Shown here one piece after another: positions 59,749 to 64,000 of a stretch of DNA of 64,000 nucleotides (positions are counted from its first letter, which is position 1; each line of letters starts with the position of its first letter). The stretch lies in assembly GCF_000315625.1 (NCBI RefSeq), contig NW_005434647.1, positions 294,936 to 358,935 on the forward strand, written 5' to 3'. The translations under genes were made by a program, and so were the position numbers. The stretch is from Guillardia theta CCMP2712 (Eukaryota; Protista; Cryptophyta). The notes beneath the pieces were generated by a model, which saw only the letters and a program-made list of their open reading frames with translations, was not told where the DNA came from and did not search any database.

Positions 59749-62047
59749 ATGTCTAGCGAGAGTTGCAATGACTCGCCATGTTTCACTTTGGAGAGAAGCG
59801 ATTGTGAGTTGAATCGATGAAGAGTAGCACAGTGATAGGTGAGATTTGAGCTGATGGGCAGCATTCGGGTTCGTTGTTGCATACCTACAAGCATAGATGC
59901 TGTGCCATGTTGTCCTCGCAGAGTTGGGAGCCGCGCGACTCCGAGGAAGAACTTGAGTTGACATGAGGAAGAACTCGAGTTGACTTGCGCATCGGACAGG
60001 TCACTGCTTCATGTGAATTTCGGGGAATGACAAAAAGTGAGGCCGAAAGGGAACCACTAACGAGCGGTAAGCTGAGCCCCTCGTCGGAGCCTGAGGCTGG
60101 CGGCTGACGCCTTGGGGCAGAAATGGTTGAAATGGACTCCACCCATCCAAATCCGATCGCGAACCCCTCGAAACCCCATGTGAGCAACGTGAAATGGACC
60201 CCCTTCATGACCGCCGCCTTCTTCTTCCTCGTCATCATGAACTGGCCGGGTCAGGCTCCTCTCGCTCGCGGCTGCGCGCGGGGCTGACGGGTGCTGCAGG
60301 CGAGATGCAGTTTGAGGGGAAGCCGATCCCAGCTGCCAAACGTAAGTCTGCGGGCTGGCTGCCTCCGGTCGGAAGGGTCTGAGTCCAGCTCCAGGTTGCC
60401 TTGCTATCCTGGTGTCCGTCTCCACCCTGTGGGCTACAGAAGCAATCCCCCTCTACGTGACGTCCTTGCTGATCCCCGTCTTGACGGTTGGTAGCGGTGC
60501 CCTGCTGCCTCTTGCGGGCAAGTGCAAGCAGGGCGATACAGGTGTGCGCAAGTGCGATGATCGCTGTTTGCCATGACTCGTGTTTGTCCAGAATGTATCG
60601 CTGCTCAGTACAGCCCTCTGAGCCCCAGTGCAGCTGCGAGGGAGATTTGTGGGCAGTTCTTCGATCCTACAGTTCTCTTGTTCATGGCTGGATTCTCGAT
60701 CGGGGCAGTGATGGAGAAGCAGCGGCTCTCTAACATGATCGCCAGCATCCTTCTCCGCCCTTTTGGAAACAAACCTGAGAATGTCCTGCTGGGCATCATG
60801 TCTCTCGGCACGTTCCTCTCCATGTGGATCAGCAACGTTCCCTCGTCAGTCCTCTGTGTCAGTCTGGCTCAACCTATCATACATCAGCTGCCCAACAGGG
60901 ACCCTTACGCCAAGGCGCTGCTGATCGGTATTGCAATCAGCAACAACATCGGGGGAATGACAACGCCCATCGCTTCTCCTCAGAACGTCATCGCGTTCAA
61001 CTGGTGCAGCGTGACAGGAAACCCTGTCTCCTTCATGGGCTGGTTGTGCCTCACCATCCCTTACTGTGGTATCCTCTTGCTGGCTGCATGGTACATCATC
61101 CGCTTCCGGTATCCTCCCCAGCTGAGGACCCTACAGATCTCAGAGCTGACACGAGAGCAGCCGAGGATGAACCCGTCACAGGTCCTGGCCTTGGGCGTCA
61201 CCACCTGCACTGTCGTGGCGTGGGCATTTTGGAAGCCTCTCGATCTCGAGCCGATCTTCGGCTCCATGGGCTTGCTGGGGATTATTCCGATCGCCATCTT
61301 CTTCAGCTCGGGGCTTCTTGACAGGAACGACTTCCACAACGGCCTCAACTGGTCTGTCCTTGTGCTCATCGGCGGAGGGTTGGCCCTTGGGCACGTGATG
61401 GAACGCTCCTACCTCCTCCACATCATGTCGTCGACCATCCAGGAGTCCCTCAGCGGAGCGAACCTCTGGACGTTCACAACGGCCTTCTCCTCGTTCATGG
61501 CCATCATCGCCAACTTCGTTTCGTCGACGGTCGCCGCCATCATCATCCTGCCCGTCGTTGCCAACGTGGGCAAGTCGATCGGGCAGGCCAACGTCATGAT
61601 CATCGCCTCCGTCTTCATGGATTCCGCAGCGATGGCGCTGCCCGTCTCTTCCTTCCCCAACACTAACTCGTTCGCTGTCCTCCGGAGAGGACCAGTTCCG
61701 ACGATCGAGGACGGCGAGGACGAGAACTCCAAGGATGGCAGCAACAAGTCTGGTAGGATCGACTTATTCTCGTGATCCCCGTTCCTCCTCCTCCTCAGCA
61801 TCATCATCATCATCACCACCACCACCATGCCCCCCTCCTTATTCTCACAGGCTCCTCTCTCACTCTCGTGTAGCAGGCAATGGCTCTGTGCTGGAGGTGC
61901 AGGATTACGTCATCACCGGAGGGCTGGTGACCCTCGTCGCTCAGGTCCGTCCAGCCTCGTCTGTGCCATGAGACCTGACGTCTCTCCTTGCAGCTCGAGG
62001 TCTCCACCATCGGCTTCCTCCTCCTCCGCGGCATCGTCGGCAGGTGA
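59749..62047 (+). CDS. SLC13/DASS-type phosphate transporter (Pho87/90/91-like); start uncertain
   Basis: FLSMWISNV, ALLIGIAISNNIGGMTTPIASPQNVIA, WSVLVLIGGGLALG, FVSSTVAAIIILP, MALPVSSFPN. Confidence 0.88.
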
Positions 62048-62243
62048 TGGAGGCACCGAGACGTCCGCCCGCCCCGGCCTTGTTTTTGTTGTCTCGATTA
62101 TTCATTTTTGAGAATACTTTACACGCCCTAGCTCGCCCACTAGGTCCATTCCTCCTTTCCTCAACTCCCCCCCCCTTCCCCCTCCCTTCCTACCACAGCA
62201 GCACGCCTTCTTTTCCCTCCCTGTCCCCCGCACGGGCATCTGA

Positions 62244-63996
62244 CTACCTTGAGTCGTTCAGCTGCCGCCAGTGCTGACTCCGGGATATGATAGCATCCAC
62301 CTCCCTCAACGCCTCCTGGCTGCTGCTCGACAGCCTGTCCCTCACCTTGCTGCTGGACTTGAGGAAGTGAGAGGCTGGAACCCGCTGAAGGTCAAAGGAA
62401 ACTCTCTTGCCCCCTCTCATGATGTCAACGTTGATCGTCGATCCTACCGGCCCCTTGATGAAGTCCAGAGCGCCCCGCGCGTCAACGTTGGCCATGGAGA
62501 TGCCATCGACCGCGAGGAGAAAGTCGCCTGGATGGACTCCGGCACGCTCACCCGGGCTGCCTGCTGCCGTGCTAGACAAGAGGAGGTCAACAAGGTCGGC
62601 AGTTTGCACAAGTGCGCCTACCTGGACACTAGCAAGGCTCCATCATGCCTCTGTTGCAGTTGGATCCCAACTTCTCCTTCCTCCTTCCACTCTAGCGGGT
62701 CTCGATGGCGCTGGCCCCTCCTCGCGTCGAGCTCTTGGGGGCTAGATGCAGCAGCAGATTGTGCAGGCACGTGGGAAGGGGGGTTGCTTCCTTCATGATG
62801 GTTGCTGACGACCTCTACCACCCGAGTCTCATCGCGGAGGACGCGAGGGCTGCTGGGGAGGACAGACACATGAGCTGGGTTTTGACTGTGCCTTCCTTCG
62901 TCATTGGACTTGGCATGCTGTTGCAAGGGGATCTTCGACGACCGGTCAGGTTTCAACTCGTTATGAGTACTTGCGGCATCAATCGGACTATCCCAGGTGG
63001 CGGGTTCAGCACTCCCAAGAAATCCCTGGAGGAGAGTCAACACAAGACGCAGGCACATGCATGAATGTCAGACACGCACCAGGGAATCTTTGTCCCTTGT
63101 AGAGACAGCCTGCTGCCGTTCGACCAGGAATTGAATCTCCTCACCTTCTCTGACCAGCCCTGCGATCGTATTCTCATCACATCGACGAAGAAGAAAACAG
63201 CAGGAATGGTATCACCGAGGGACACTCTTGATCCTACCGGACCGCAGATTTTTTGGGCGATCGCATGGCCATCCATACCATGGACATTGAAGTCATCCAC
63301 GCTCACCAAGAAATCCCCAGGACGAATCCCAACTCTCTCAGCAGGTCCGCTCTCCCTTACTTGCTCTACAACTATCTTCCCGTCTTTCCACTTCTTCAGC
63401 TGCAGCCCAACACCGCAAAGTTCGGGGCCCTGCTTCTCCAGCACTGCCTCGCCTGCCGTGTTTGTTGCACTGGGGGCTGGACCGACTGCCAAGTCAACAC
63501 GAGGAGGCTGAGACTTGCCTTGACTGGGTCCCAAGTACATCGAAGCTTCATGCGCCCATGTTGGTCTCTCAACTATCTTGACATAGGAGGGAAGGGACGT
63601 GTTCAAGTCATGCAAGTGCCTCTGAACTTCGATCCGCCGCTGCTCCTGAGCATCCAGCTCTTTGAACCTCTCGATCGCCGAGACTATGTCATTCAGCGCC
63701 GCCTCCGACGACCAGATCGAGTCCCTTCGCTCCAGGGTGCGGAACAGTTTCACCTGGTTCTGCCTGATCGCCACAAACACGCTCGTGCCCGGGGGGCCCG
63801 ACAAGGCCTCGACCACCTGCTTCTGCGTCATCCCTTGCGCGCCCTTGTTCTCGATGTACAAAATCTCGTCTCCTTCTCTCACTCCCTCCACCTCAGCCGG
63901 GCTCCCTTCATGCACATGCACTACGATCACCCTGCCATCGTGTGACTTGCATGTCTGGATGCCCACACCACACCAACGTGCGCTCGGCTCCTCCAT
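62244..63996 (-). CDS. Protein with three CtpA-like PDZ domains (may begin beyond the window)
   Basis: Three copies of GVG[IL]Q..GSPAE..G[VI].[EP]GD.[IL]..[VI]D...GP.G[ST].V. Confidence 0.85.
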
Positions 63997-64000
63997 GGGC

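Overview
Gene-dense eukaryotic nuclear DNA, most consistent with a cryptophyte alga (Guillardia/Hanusia-like). This is inferred from the short 45-60 nt GT-AG introns, microsatellite-filled larger introns, a flagellar gene, a bipartite signal+F-transit presequence, and LysM and multi-PDZ genes. About 22 spliced genes were read by hand. Recognisable ones: ODA1/CCDC114 outer-dynein-arm docking subunit, plastid-targeted FLVCR-like MFS, divergent AMT, CSN1, a SET methyltransferase, a multi-Tudor + MLL-type PHD protein, a Pom152-like Ig-repeat protein, an SLC35F6-like transporter, GSK3, a LysM protein, a Pho87-type transporter and a triple-PDZ protein. The main unexplained structure is architectural. 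Genes alternate strand almost perfectly, and convergent stop codons can be only 33-59 nt apart. Most divergent intervals carry a GGGTA/TACCC-rich zone, and four carry a 0.5-0.8 kb very GC-rich island built from interrupted-palindrome pentamers. No tRNA, rRNA, CRISPR array or intact transposon was seen. Exon boundaries are manual and approximate.
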